Of a stretch of DNA of 64,000 nucleotides, positions 56,123 to 64,000 are shown piece after piece. Numbering within the stretch: position 1 is the first letter of the stretch; every line of letters starts with the position of its first letter. Below the pieces are notes generated by a model that searched no databases, was not told the DNA's origin, and saw only the letters and a list, made by a program, of their open reading frames with translations. The position numbers and the translations under genes were made by a program. Origin of the DNA: Candidatus Kapaibacterium sp. (GTDB lineage: Bacteria > Bacteroidota > Ignavibacteria > Palsa-1295); contig DASQGZ010000047.1 of the NCBI GenBank assembly GCA_035632315.1, forward strand, positions 685-64,684, read 5' to 3'.

Positions 56123-56986
56123 CTACTCGATCTCCAGCGAAATATCCATCCCCGTCACTGAATGAGTCAGCGCTCCGACGGAAATATAATCGACTCCTGT
56201 TTCAGCGATGGCGCGTACGGTTTGTAAATTGACTCCCCCCGAAGCTTCTGTTTCAAATAGCCCTGCGTTAATTCTTACCGCTTCGCGAAGCATCTCGATC
56301 GGAAAATTATCGAACATCACGCGATCGATCACGCCTGAGCCATTCTTAACTACTATAGCAAACTGTTCAAGCGACGTAACTTCGAATTCGACAGGAATAT
56401 CCTGATGTACATTTATATAAGCACGAAGTTTTTCGATAACCCGTTCGATGTCGCCGCCATTAGCTGCAATATGATTATCTTTCACCAAGATCATATCGCC
56501 GAGCGAATAACGATTATTTTTCCCGCCACCACATCTGACGGCATATCGATCAAATAGGCGCAGCAGCGGCACCGTCTTACGGGTGTCGAGAATCGTTGCG
56601 TTCGTCCCTTTTACTAATTCGACAAATTGTGCAGTCATTGTTGCGATCCCGCTCATTCGCTGCAACAGATTCAGCGAGACACGCTCTGCAGTTAGTATCA
56701 CGTCGAGGGGGGCGGTTACCTCGGCAAGTTTATCGCCTCTCGATATTCTCGTTCCGTCTTTTATTAAAATCGAATATGATACACTACCCGAGCGGTTGCA
56801 CTGCTCAGCGAAAATTTTAAATGTCTCGCAAGCGTATTCAACACCTGAAAGAATACCGTCGGCTTTTGCAAGAAAATATGCCAAGCCTACCGGATTTCCC
56901 TCGACCGTCGCCTCAGTCGTCGGATCGCCTGCACCGGTGTCTTCGGCAAGTGCGGCAACAATGATCTGTCGTTCTTCGGTGGTCAT
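56123..56986 (-). CDS. nadC: nicotinate-nucleotide diphosphorylase (carboxylating)
   Basis: 287 aa. ILDTRKTVPLLR, VRCGGGKNNRYSLGD, ILVKDNH and VSVGALTHS. Confidence 0.9.
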   Translation of the reverse strand: MTTEERQIIVAALAEDTGAGDPTTEATVEGNPVGLAYFLAKADGILSGVEYACETFKIFAEQCNRSGSVSYSILIKDGTRISRGDKLAEVTAPLDVILTAERVSLNLLQRMSGIATMTAQFVELVKGTNATILDTRKTVPLLRLFDRYAVRCGGGKNNRYSLGDMILVKDNHIAANGGDIERVIEKLRAYINVHQDIPVEFEVTSLEQFAIVVKNGSGVIDRVMFDNFPIEMLREAVRINAGLFETEASGGVNLQTVRAIAETGVDYISVGALTHSVTGMDISLEIE

Positions 56987-58414
56987 TTATTCAAAGAAAT
57001 CTTTGTGGACTTTTTTTAGTGCTTCTACTGCGCGATCTTCATCGAGAAGCACGACAAGACTGCTTTCAACGGGAAAAACGGCTCGAACGGGAAAACGGCG
57101 GATCGACCGAAATAACCGTTCGCGGATCGACGTGAGGTCCTGCGTTGCATCACGCGTACGAACAAGCATCGACAATGCAGCGAGCGGCTTTTCTTCCTGC
57201 AATTCGTAGCCGGCATCTTTAAGCGCACGAAAAAGCGTCCGGCGCTCGTCGCGCCGAAATGAAAGCGTTATTTCGGTATCGCTTGCCCAATAATAAAATG
57301 CACGGTTAAGTGCAAATGCCGGAATACCTTGTGTTTTGTTATATGCAAGCTGCGCTTCACGCGAACGTTTTTTCTTTCGCGATTCCCCGTTCACTTCTGA
57401 TTGCTGTACGTACACCGTTGTAATATTCTCTTCAAGCGCGAGTGCGATCGGTTTCGGACTTCTAACGACCGCGCCGCTTGATGCTGCGATCACCGTCCCG
57501 CGAGGTGATTTCAGTTCAGGGGATGTAACACGAACAATTGTTTTATGTCGGGCATCGTCTGCGAGCAGCGGGCGGGCAACATTCTGAAACAGCGCCCGCA
57601 CGCCTCGACGGCCTAATTCATCGGCCTCGTCGAATGAGAGATGCCTGATCGCACGGGCGTGGGGGATATATTCCGGATCGGCGGTATAAATTCCGCTCAC
57701 CGTTTTCCAGATGACAACTTCTTTTGCTTCTAGCGCGCGGCCAAGAAGCGTCGCCGTCAGATCGGAGCTTTCGCTTCCCATCGTCGTCGTATCTCCATCG
57801 GTCGTACCCCCGACGAACCCTTGAGTGAGCACGATTTTTCCTTCGCTTAAAACGGGAATCACGCGCTCAACCATCCGAGATCTGATCGCTTCGAGGTTCG
57901 GAGCAGCAGCGGAATAATTCGTATCGGTAATAATGATCTCGCGTGCATCGATCACCGTTGTCGGAATATTGGCATCGGAAAGCAGTGCGCCGATAAGCGC
58001 CGTTGCAAAATATTCGCCTTTCGAGAGAAAGGCGTCGAGCGTTCGGTTCGAAAGCTCACGCGTGATCGTAACTCCTTCGACGAGTTTTGCGATCTCGTCA
58101 GCTAATTGATGAAATTTAATGACTGCGCTATTGTATGCGCGTTCACTGAGTTCGAGCGATTCGGCAAGCTGTTCGTGCCGTTCGATAAGACGTTCGAGAG
58201 TTTCTCCGGCGATGATCGCTTTGCCGGCTTCAGCGTCTTCGGCGATCGAACGCAGGCGGCGGGTGGAATGCCCGATGGCAGACACGACGACAACTAACCC
58301 TCCTTGCGAACGGCGGCGCGATTGTTCTTCGTATGTACGGCGAACGATCTCTGCCATGCGCTCGAGCCCGCGCACGGAACGAGTTGTTGCTCCGCCGAAT
58401 TTATAAACGATCAT
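56987..58414 (-). CDS. aspartate kinase-like amino-acid kinase with C-terminal ACT-like region (divergent)
   Basis: 475 aa. MIVYKFGGAT, VVVVSAIG, LTQGFVGGT, IWKTVSGIYTADP. The canonical GRGGSD position reads GSESSD. Confidence 0.68.
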   Translation of the reverse strand: MIVYKFGGATTRSVRGLERMAEIVRRTYEEQSRRRSQGGLVVVVSAIGHSTRRLRSIAEDAEAGKAIIAGETLERLIERHEQLAESLELSERAYNSAVIKFHQLADEIAKLVEGVTITRELSNRTLDAFLSKGEYFATALIGALLSDANIPTTVIDAREIIITDTNYSAAAPNLEAIRSRMVERVIPVLSEGKIVLTQGFVGGTTDGDTTTMGSESSDLTATLLGRALEAKEVVIWKTVSGIYTADPEYIPHARAIRHLSFDEADELGRRGVRALFQNVARPLLADDARHKTIVRVTSPELKSPRGTVIAASSGAVVRSPKPIALALEENITTVYVQQSEVNGESRKKKRSREAQLAYNKTQGIPAFALNRAFYYWASDTEITLSFRRDERRTLFRALKDAGYELQEEKPLAALSMLVRTRDATQDLTSIRERLFRSIRRFPVRAVFPVESSLVVLLDEDRAVEALKKVHKDFFE

Positions 58415-58490
58415 TTGAACGCAGAAATAAGAGATTGCAAAGCGGTTTAGTTCGTTATTCTTTCTCGGCTTTTTTGTTTAACCATACGTA

Positions 58491-59255
58491 ATGTGGAACA
58501 TCCAAACATTTGACGAGATTGCGTCAACTCAAACGCTCGCTCGTCAGCAGGTGGACGCAGGAAAAGCGCGTGATGGCGATGTATTTGTCGCACTCCACCA
58601 ACATGAAGGCCGTGGACAGTATCATTGGCGATTATGGTACGACGAGCCTGGGGCGAATCTTCTCCTATCGACCGTACTCACGAATGTGCCGCCGTCCATT
58701 GTCGATCTTATGCAGTTTGTCGCTGGCCTTAGCGTGCTTTCAACGATCCGTTCGCTAATCGCCGACAAATTGCCTTTATTCGATACCGCAAGAGTTAAAT
58801 TGAAATGGCCCAATGATATTTTAATTGACGGAAAAAAGATCTCCGGTATTTTAAGTGAAGCCATTTGGAATGGCTTGACTCTAAAGTGCATCATTATTGG
58901 AATAGGGATTAATGTCAACCAAGAAAAGTTTGCTGAACCTGTCGCATTACATGCGTCGTCCTTAAAAATATTTCTTACGGATCCGTTGCCGCTCGAGCTT
59001 GTCCGTGACCGGCTACTCAATACCCTTCGAGACACGCTTCCCCGATATAGTGACCGCCAGAAATTGCTTACAGACCTTCGAAGCGAGCTTCTTTGGATGA
59101 ATTTGTTGCCGGGAGTCACTGCGACATCGCCGGATGGGACAGTTATACCCCACGCAAAGATCACCGGGATCAGCGAGACCGGTGCATTGCATATTTCAAC
59201 ACCTGGCGGTGTTGAACATATCTTACAAATTGCGACACTGACATTCGACGAATGA
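58491..59255 (+). CDS. birA: biotin--[acetyl-CoA-carboxylase] ligase (no HTH domain)
   Basis: 254 aa. FDEIASTQT, HEGRGQYHWRLW (GRGRxGRxW variant) and KWPNDILIDGKKISGILSE. Confidence 0.8.
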   Translation: MWNIQTFDEIASTQTLARQQVDAGKARDGDVFVALHQHEGRGQYHWRLWYDEPGANLLLSTVLTNVPPSIVDLMQFVAGLSVLSTIRSLIADKLPLFDTARVKLKWPNDILIDGKKISGILSEAIWNGLTLKCIIIGIGINVNQEKFAEPVALHASSLKIFLTDPLPLELVRDRLLNTLRDTLPRYSDRQKLLTDLRSELLWMNLLPGVTATSPDGTVIPHAKITGISETGALHISTPGGVEHILQIATLTFDE

Positions 59256-60004
59256 TACTTGCGGTAAATATCGGCAACACAAACGTAGCTTTCGGACTAT
59301 TTGACGATAACGGACTTACGCACTCGTTCAGCTATCCGACTCGCACACTGAAAGAGCAGCGATCACTCCCGAGTGAATTACTTGAGCTTACACATATAGA
59401 CAAGATCGGTATTGCTTCTGTCGTTCCGGAAGTAACAGACGTTCTTCGCGCAACTGTACAGCGCCAATTTCCGGCTGCAATGACCTCTGTTCTGAAGAAC
59501 TCCGACGTCCCGATCATTAATCGCTATCATCAACCCGAGCAGGCAGGTACGGACAGACTGCTCGGATCGCTCGCCGCTTACCGAATATATGCAACAGATA
59601 AACGGCCTCTCATTATCATCGACCTCGGCACGGCGACAACATTTGATTGTGTTACCTCAAACGGAGAATATCTCGGCGGAAGCATTGCACTTGGTATCGG
59701 CTCAAGCGCAAAAGCGCTTGCTTCTCTTACGGCACAACTGCCAGAGATAAAACTCTCGTTTCCCAAGCACGCTCTTGGGCGTACAACGCTCGAAGCCATT
59801 CAATCAGGTATCATCTTTGGCGCAATAGACTCTGCTGAGGGGATGATAAAACGGCTTACCGGCGAAGTGTTTCCGAACAAAGAGCCGATCATTATTGCGA
59901 CCGGAGGATCTTCTGAATTATTAAAGAACAGAACTTCAATAATTCATTTTTTCGACCCTTATCTGGTCTTCAAGGGAATTGTTATGACAATGTCATCACT
60001 GTAG
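59252..60004 (+). CDS. coaX: type III pantothenate kinase
   Basis: 250 aa. MILAVNIGNTNVAFGLF, GTDRL and IIDLGTATTFD. 4-nt overlap with birA. Confidence 0.9.
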   Translation: MILAVNIGNTNVAFGLFDDNGLTHSFSYPTRTLKEQRSLPSELLELTHIDKIGIASVVPEVTDVLRATVQRQFPAAMTSVLKNSDVPIINRYHQPEQAGTDRLLGSLAAYRIYATDKRPLIIIDLGTATTFDCVTSNGEYLGGSIALGIGSSAKALASLTAQLPEIKLSFPKHALGRTTLEAIQSGIIFGAIDSAEGMIKRLTGEVFPNKEPIIIATGGSSELLKNRTSIIHFFDPYLVFKGIVMTMSSL

Positions 60005-60023
60005 AAAACGAAAATATTTTTCA

Positions 60024-60851
60024 ATGAAAACATTCGATCCTTCGCAGATCCCGTTTCAGGAAACGCATCGTTTACTGCTTGGCGGCGTCGCTCCGCGTCC
60101 GATCGCTTTCGTTTCTTCACTCGACGCAGATGGCAATGTGAATCTTGCACCGTTCAGTTTTTTTAATGCGTTCGGGGTCAACCCCCCGGTGATCTGCTTC
60201 AGCCCGGCCTTCAGCGGCAGAACGGGCGCGCCAAAGGATACGCTACTCAACATTCTTGAAACGAAAGAGTGTACGGTGTCCATCATCAGCTATAATATGG
60301 TGCATCAGACAAGCTTGGCATCGGCGCCATTTGCCAAAGGAGTTGATGAGTTTTCAAAGGCTGGGTTCACGAAGTTACCCTCCCAAAAAGTAAAGGCTCC
60401 CGGCGTTTCAGAAAGTCCGTTCGTTATGGAAGCAAAATTGCTCCATCATATCGATTTCGGAAAAAAACCGGGCAGTGCGAATATGCTTATCTGCGAGATC
60501 GTCCTCTTGCATATCCGAGAAGACATATTAAATGACAAAGAGCAGATCGACCCTCGTCTAATTGACCAGGTTGCCCGCCTCGGCGGTCCATGGTACACCC
60601 GTGCCGCTCACGGCCTCTTTACGCTGCCTCAACCAACGTCAGTGAAGCACGGCTTCGATGAGCTACCACCGGCAATCAGAAACAGCCTATATCTCAGCGG
60701 AAGCGATCTGGCGAAGCTATTAGATGTCGAGGAGCTCCCAGACTTCGAAGTGGCTAATAAGTACCTCTCAGACAAAGACAAGCATCTTAGAGCAAAAGAA
60801 CTCATTGAGAACGGTGATATAGACGAAGCGTGGAAGGTGCTGCTTCGATAA
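60024..60851 (+). CDS. flavin reductase-like FMN-binding (split-barrel) protein
   Basis: 275 aa. LLGGVAPRPIAFVSSLDADGNVNLAPFSFFNAFGVNPP is typical of the flavin reductase-like domain. Confidence 0.75.
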   Translation: MKTFDPSQIPFQETHRLLLGGVAPRPIAFVSSLDADGNVNLAPFSFFNAFGVNPPVICFSPAFSGRTGAPKDTLLNILETKECTVSIISYNMVHQTSLASAPFAKGVDEFSKAGFTKLPSQKVKAPGVSESPFVMEAKLLHHIDFGKKPGSANMLICEIVLLHIREDILNDKEQIDPRLIDQVARLGGPWYTRAAHGLFTLPQPTSVKHGFDELPPAIRNSLYLSGSDLAKLLDVEELPDFEVANKYLSDKDKHLRAKELIENGDIDEAWKVLLR

Positions 60852-60936
60852 GCTGATCTAAGACATTAAAGGGTTTCTTTGGTCGCCTTGCTCCCTCAGA
60901 ATGACACTACAGATAACAATCTGCAAGATACAAATG

Positions 60937-60965
60937 AAAAACCCTGCCGCATTGGCAGGGTTTTT
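60937..60965. terminator. bidirectional rho-independent terminator
   Basis: AAAAA-CCCTGCC-gcatt-GGCAGGG-TTTTT between the convergent flavin reductase gene and the giant repeat-protein gene. Confidence 0.75.
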
Positions 60966-61072
60966 CGTGAACTCTCTCTGACGGTGAAAATTGTGTTTGC
61001 TTTCCCGGCTGAGCTCTCGGGGCACTCTCAACAAGTTTGCCCCGAGATCCCATGCCGTGGAACGTCGTTCAA

Positions 61073-64000
61073 TTAGTCTCTCAAGATCGACACCTGAACG
61101 GTGTTGTTATCGTTCGGATTCGTCGACTCTACCTGAATGGTGCCTGCGGCAGCATTCTGTGTAGCAATGTAGATCGAACCGAACTGGTTGCCATTGCGTG
61201 CATAATACGAAACGGTCAGAGCATCGGTACCGTCGAACCCATTAGCACCGAAATTGAACGTGACCGAAGCGCCGCCATTCGGACCCGGGGTAGCCGGATT
61301 CAACTGCAACCTCTGCACGAGGAACACCGGAATTCTTCCCGGGACCTGAGCAAGTGTCTGCACGATCGGAGCGCCTGTCGAATTCGTCGCTTGAAGCGTC
61401 GTCTGCTGAACCGGCGTGCTGCCGATCGTCACAGTCTGCGTTTGTGTATTGACGATATTCGAAATATTCGTATTCGTATTGTTGCCAACGATGTTCGAAC
61501 CGTTGATCAAGCTAATATTATTAGCATTGAAGGTCGAAATACCGCCGGTGAAATTCGAATTACCATTCTGATTCAATGTGCCGTTAAGATTATTATTGGT
61601 CGCATTGAGGTTGTTCGTCGCACCAACGAGGGTGTTTGTCGCACCGGCTGCACCAATCGTGTTCGTCGTGCTTGTTGTGCCGAGCGTGACGTTACCCGTC
61701 GAACCGAGCGTACCGTTGACCTGCGTGTTCAAGAACTGCGCAGTGCCGGACGTTTGGATGATGTTGCCAGAATGCGTCGTTACGCCGGTGATTCCGACAT
61801 TGCCATTGAAGTTTGTTGCGAGGAACGTGTTCGCTGCGCTTGTGCCAAGGCTACCTTGAGCAAGTGCCGTTGCAAGATTGATCGCTGCGCCGACCGGGCC
61901 GCCGCACCAGTAGGTGAGGGTGTTGGTCTGAACAGTGTTGACGCAGAACGTCGCTGCAGGAGCAAAGTTCAACGAACCGTTGATCCACACATTGTTAGCA
62001 GTCAAGTTATTCAAGCTTGACCAACCGGTGACTTGCAGATCGCCGTTATCGATAATTTCGAAATCTGTCGGCGTATTGAATCCCGGTGGCACACCTGAAG
62101 GTCCTGCCGGAGCATTCGTGTTCGCAGCGCCGTCAGCAATGATCTTATTGCCGTTCGATGCCGGAAGAGTACCGAAGTTCGATGTACCGTTGAAACGGTT
62201 TGCGCTGCCTGACGCGCCATACGTATTGGTCGTGCTTGCGGTGCCGAGGGACAGGTTGCCGGTATTACCGAGCGTTCCGTTGATCTGCGTATTACCGTTG
62301 ATCGTCGTCGGGCCGTTGATCGTGTTTGACGTTGTCGCTGTGATCGTATTGGTCGAACCTGTGATTGTGTTGAGGCTCGTACCTACATTACCAACAGTGT
62401 TGACCGAGGCCGCACCGCTGCCAAGAGTATTGACATCTCCGGCGCCTGTGCCGACAGTCGAATTACCGCTCGAGGTGAATGTGCCGACTACTGCTGTGTT
62501 GCCGTTGATATTCGTCACACCATTGATGGTGTTCGTACCTGTCGCGGTGATGGTGTTATTAGCACCCTGTGTCAAGTTTGTGCTTGTACCGGCAGCACCG
62601 ATCGTATTGTTCGAACTTGCGCCCGAACCGATGGTATTGACATCCGAAGGATTCGTGCCGACATTTGAATTGCCAGTCGAACCGAAGGTGCCATTTACCT
62701 GCTCGTTACCGTTGACGGTCGTGTTACCATTTACAATGGTCGTGCCATTAATGGTGTTCGACGTCGTTGCTGTCATTGTATTGGTCGCACCGGTAATGAG
62801 GTTCGTGCTCGTACCTGCAGCGCCGATCGTATTGTTCGATCCTGCGCCTGCGCCCAATGTATTGACGTCGCCTGCATTCGTGCCGACAGTCGAATTACCC
62901 GTCGAGGACAACGTTCCGTTGACCTGCGTATTGAGCAAGGTGTTTGTTCCGCCTTGGCTTGTCTGCGTGATCGTACCATTTGCAGTCGTGACGCCATTGA
63001 CATTCAATGTAGCGTTCGTTGCGCCTGTTCCGATCTGAGTGTTACCTCTGAGGTAACTGAAGCCATTGACCTGCAGATCGCCATTATCAATCACTTCAAA
63101 ATTCGTTACTGCGGGGACGCCTGGGCCGCCAGCGACATTCTCCGGAGTACCATTGACCAGAATATTGCCATTCAATGTATAATTGCCGGTCTGATTCATA
63201 TTACCAATGATGTTCACCGGTCCGGTCAGGTTTGTTGTGCCGAGCACATTGATTCCGCCGTTGAAGTTCTGGACTACCAACCATGTGTTGGAGTTGCTCA
63301 TATTAAGTCCGATGTTATGCGGGATCGCAATGTTGCCACCCTGCGAGTTGCCGGAGAAGAAATATGACAACGAAGGATTGATGCCGATATTGAGATCGCC
63401 GAGCTGATCCTGCCATAAGCCCTGAGCAGGAACGTTCTGATCGAGTGTTCTGCCAGTGACAGCACCTGTTCCGATCATACCGGGTGTGATACCGTTGTTT
63501 GCGATCTGGAGCGTTACAGTCGGACCAACACCGCCACCGGTAAGGCCGGGGCCAGCGACGACAGTCTGAACTGCACCGTTTGAATCGTTATCCATGATCG
63601 TGATCGTATTGGTCAGACCGTTCGTCAAGACCTGGACTCCGCCACTACCGACGATGGTAATATTACCAGTTGAGTCACCAGGCAAGCGATTGATCGTTGT
63701 AAGTGCCTGAGTGCTCTGCGGCAATACAGATGCCGGGAATTTACCATTGGATCCCAACGGGAATAACATTCCAGGTTGCGGGGTAGTTGATACACCGACA
63801 CCGCCGACGGTCTGGGCATTCAAGGCATACGGAGCAGCCGAGAATGGAGTACGAGGCTGAACTTCACCCGTATTATCGACCTCGACACCCAAGAAATACT
63901 GCTGGTCGAACTTGAGGTTGCCAGGCAGCGGGTTCGCTTGACCGATCGCTACGTTGAAGATACCATTTGTGATCTGCACCTGGTTGAAGGACTCGGTGTA
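61073..64000 (-). CDS. very large Asn/Thr/Gly-rich repeat protein, fibre/beta-helix-like (5' end beyond window)
   Basis: The ORF is open from 61073 to the window edge. Codons upstream of the ORF-track GTG (63979) read ..YTESFNQ without a stop. It carries tandem 69-75-aa repeats, a duplicated module of about 346 aa, and motifs PRTPFSAAPYALNA and GITPGMIGTGAVTGRTLD. Confidence 0.7.
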   Translation of the reverse strand, partial: YTESFNQVQITNGIFNVAIGQANPLPGNLKFDQQYFLGVEVDNTGEVQPRTPFSAAPYALNAQTVGGVGVSTTPQPGMLFPLGSNGKFPASVLPQSTQALTTINRLPGDSTGNITIVGSGGVQVLTNGLTNTITIMDNDSNGAVQTVVAGPGLTGGGVGPTVTLQIANNGITPGMIGTGAVTGRTLDQNVPAQGLWQDQLGDLNIGINPSLSYFFSGNSQGGNIAIPHNIGLNMSNSNTWLVVQNFNGGINVLGTTNLTGPVNIIGNMNQTGNYTLNGNILVNGTPENVAGGPGVPAVTNFEVIDNGDLQVNGFSYLRGNTQIGTGATNATLNVNGVTTANGTITQTSQGGTNTLLNTQVNGTLSSTGNSTVGTNAGDVNTLGAGAGSNNTIGAAGTSTNLITGATNTMTATTSNTINGTTIVNGNTTVNGNEQVNGTFGSTGNSNVGTNPSDVNTIGSGASSNNTIGAAGTSTNLTQGANNTITATGTNTINGVTNINGNTAVVGTFTSSGNSTVGTGAGDVNTLGSGAASVNTVGNVGTSLNTITGSTNTITATTSNTINGPTTINGNTQINGTLGNTGNLSLGTASTTNTYGASGSANRFNGTSNFGTLPASNGNKIIADGAANTNAPAGPSGVPPGFNTPTDFEIIDNGDLQVTGWSSLNNLTANNVWINGSLNFAPAATFCVNTVQTNTLTYWCGGPVGAAINLATALAQGSLGTSAANTFLATNFNGNVGITGVTTHSGNIIQTSGTAQFLNTQVNGTLGSTGNVTLGTTSTTNTIGAAGATNTLVGATNNLNATNNNLNGTLNQNGNSNFTGGISTFNANNISLINGSNIVGNNTNTNISNIVNTQTQTVTIGSTPVQQTTLQATNSTGAPIVQTLAQVPGRIPVFLVQRLQLNPATPGPNGGASVTFNFGANGFDGTDALTVSYYARNGNQFGSIYIATQNAAAGTIQVESTNPNDNNTVQVSILRD
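62171..62917 (-). repeat. intragenic tandem repeat, units of 225/207/207 bp plus a partial unit
   Basis: Units start at aa 355, 430, 499 and 568 of the ORF-track translation (GT[LF]xS[TS]GNSxVGT..DVNT[LI]G..NT[IV]G..GTS.N..). Corresponding DNA segments, for example from 62580 versus 62805, are visibly similar. Confidence 0.8.

Noticed and set aside
61037-63038. Two long + strand ORFs (61037..62020, 327 aa; 61935..63038, 367 aa) opposite the giant repeat gene.
   Set aside because: Their products are Arg/Ile/Val/Pro-rich strings that mirror the repeat periodicity. The minus-strand frame is continuous for more than 975 codons with a coherent repeat architecture and a terminator downstream. They are shadow ORFs of a compositionally biased gene.
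1-64000. A search for CRISPR arrays, tRNA/rRNA genes, transposases, integrases, prophage modules, toxin-antitoxin pairs or known defence-system signatures.
   Set aside because: No short regularly spaced direct repeats, tRNA-like cloverleaf candidates in the intergenic gaps, or recombinase or nuclease-type defence motifs were seen in any of the long ORFs. Only a manual read was possible, so small ncRNAs could have been missed.

Overview
This 64-kb window is a compact bacterial chromosomal segment of roughly 50% GC with very short intergenic gaps. Many genes overlap by 1 or 4 nt, and most lack a clear Shine-Dalgarno sequence. Gene content and motif style suggest an FCB-group (Ignavibacteria/Chlorobi/Bacteroidota-like) organism, but I cannot verify this. 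I support about 60 protein-coding genes.

Coordinates 1-34.5 kb and 55-61 kb carry mainly housekeeping and stress genes:
- Core housekeeping: gmk, pepF-like, secG, nusB, rlmB, rnr, recG, rpoZ, apt, dps, priA, accA, nadC, birA, coaX.
- An ECF sigma / anti-sigma / Spy-like module.
- Two LOG-family genes.
- A DinB-ABM-methyltransferase-GNAT operon.

Coordinates 34.5-54.9 kb form one co-directional minus-strand polysaccharide locus of Wzx/Wzy type:
- Export genes: Wza-like, Wzi-like and Wzz-like.
- Precursor genes: a wecB-like epimerase, a nucleotide-sugar dehydrogenase and a DegT aminotransferase.
- An initiating phosphoglycosyltransferase and several glycosyltransferases.
- A polyprenyl-phosphate-sugar synthase together with a GT-C enzyme.
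- A markedly lower-GC cassette holding GT2, Wzx and Wzy.

The window ends inside a very large, almost charge-free Asn/Thr/Gly-rich repeat protein.

I found no rRNA, tRNA, CRISPR array, transposase, integrase, or recognisable defence or toxin-antitoxin system.

The most unusual items are:
- The truncated repeat protein.
- A GT2 fused to what looks like a catalytically decayed phosphoglycosyltransferase.
- Two conserved genes (recG and a SAM methyltransferase) whose N-terminal domains lie upstream of any ATG/GTG/TTG.
- An AT-rich orphan island.
- Copies of a palindromic intergenic motif.

All family assignments come from reading motifs in the supplied translations. No database search was possible.
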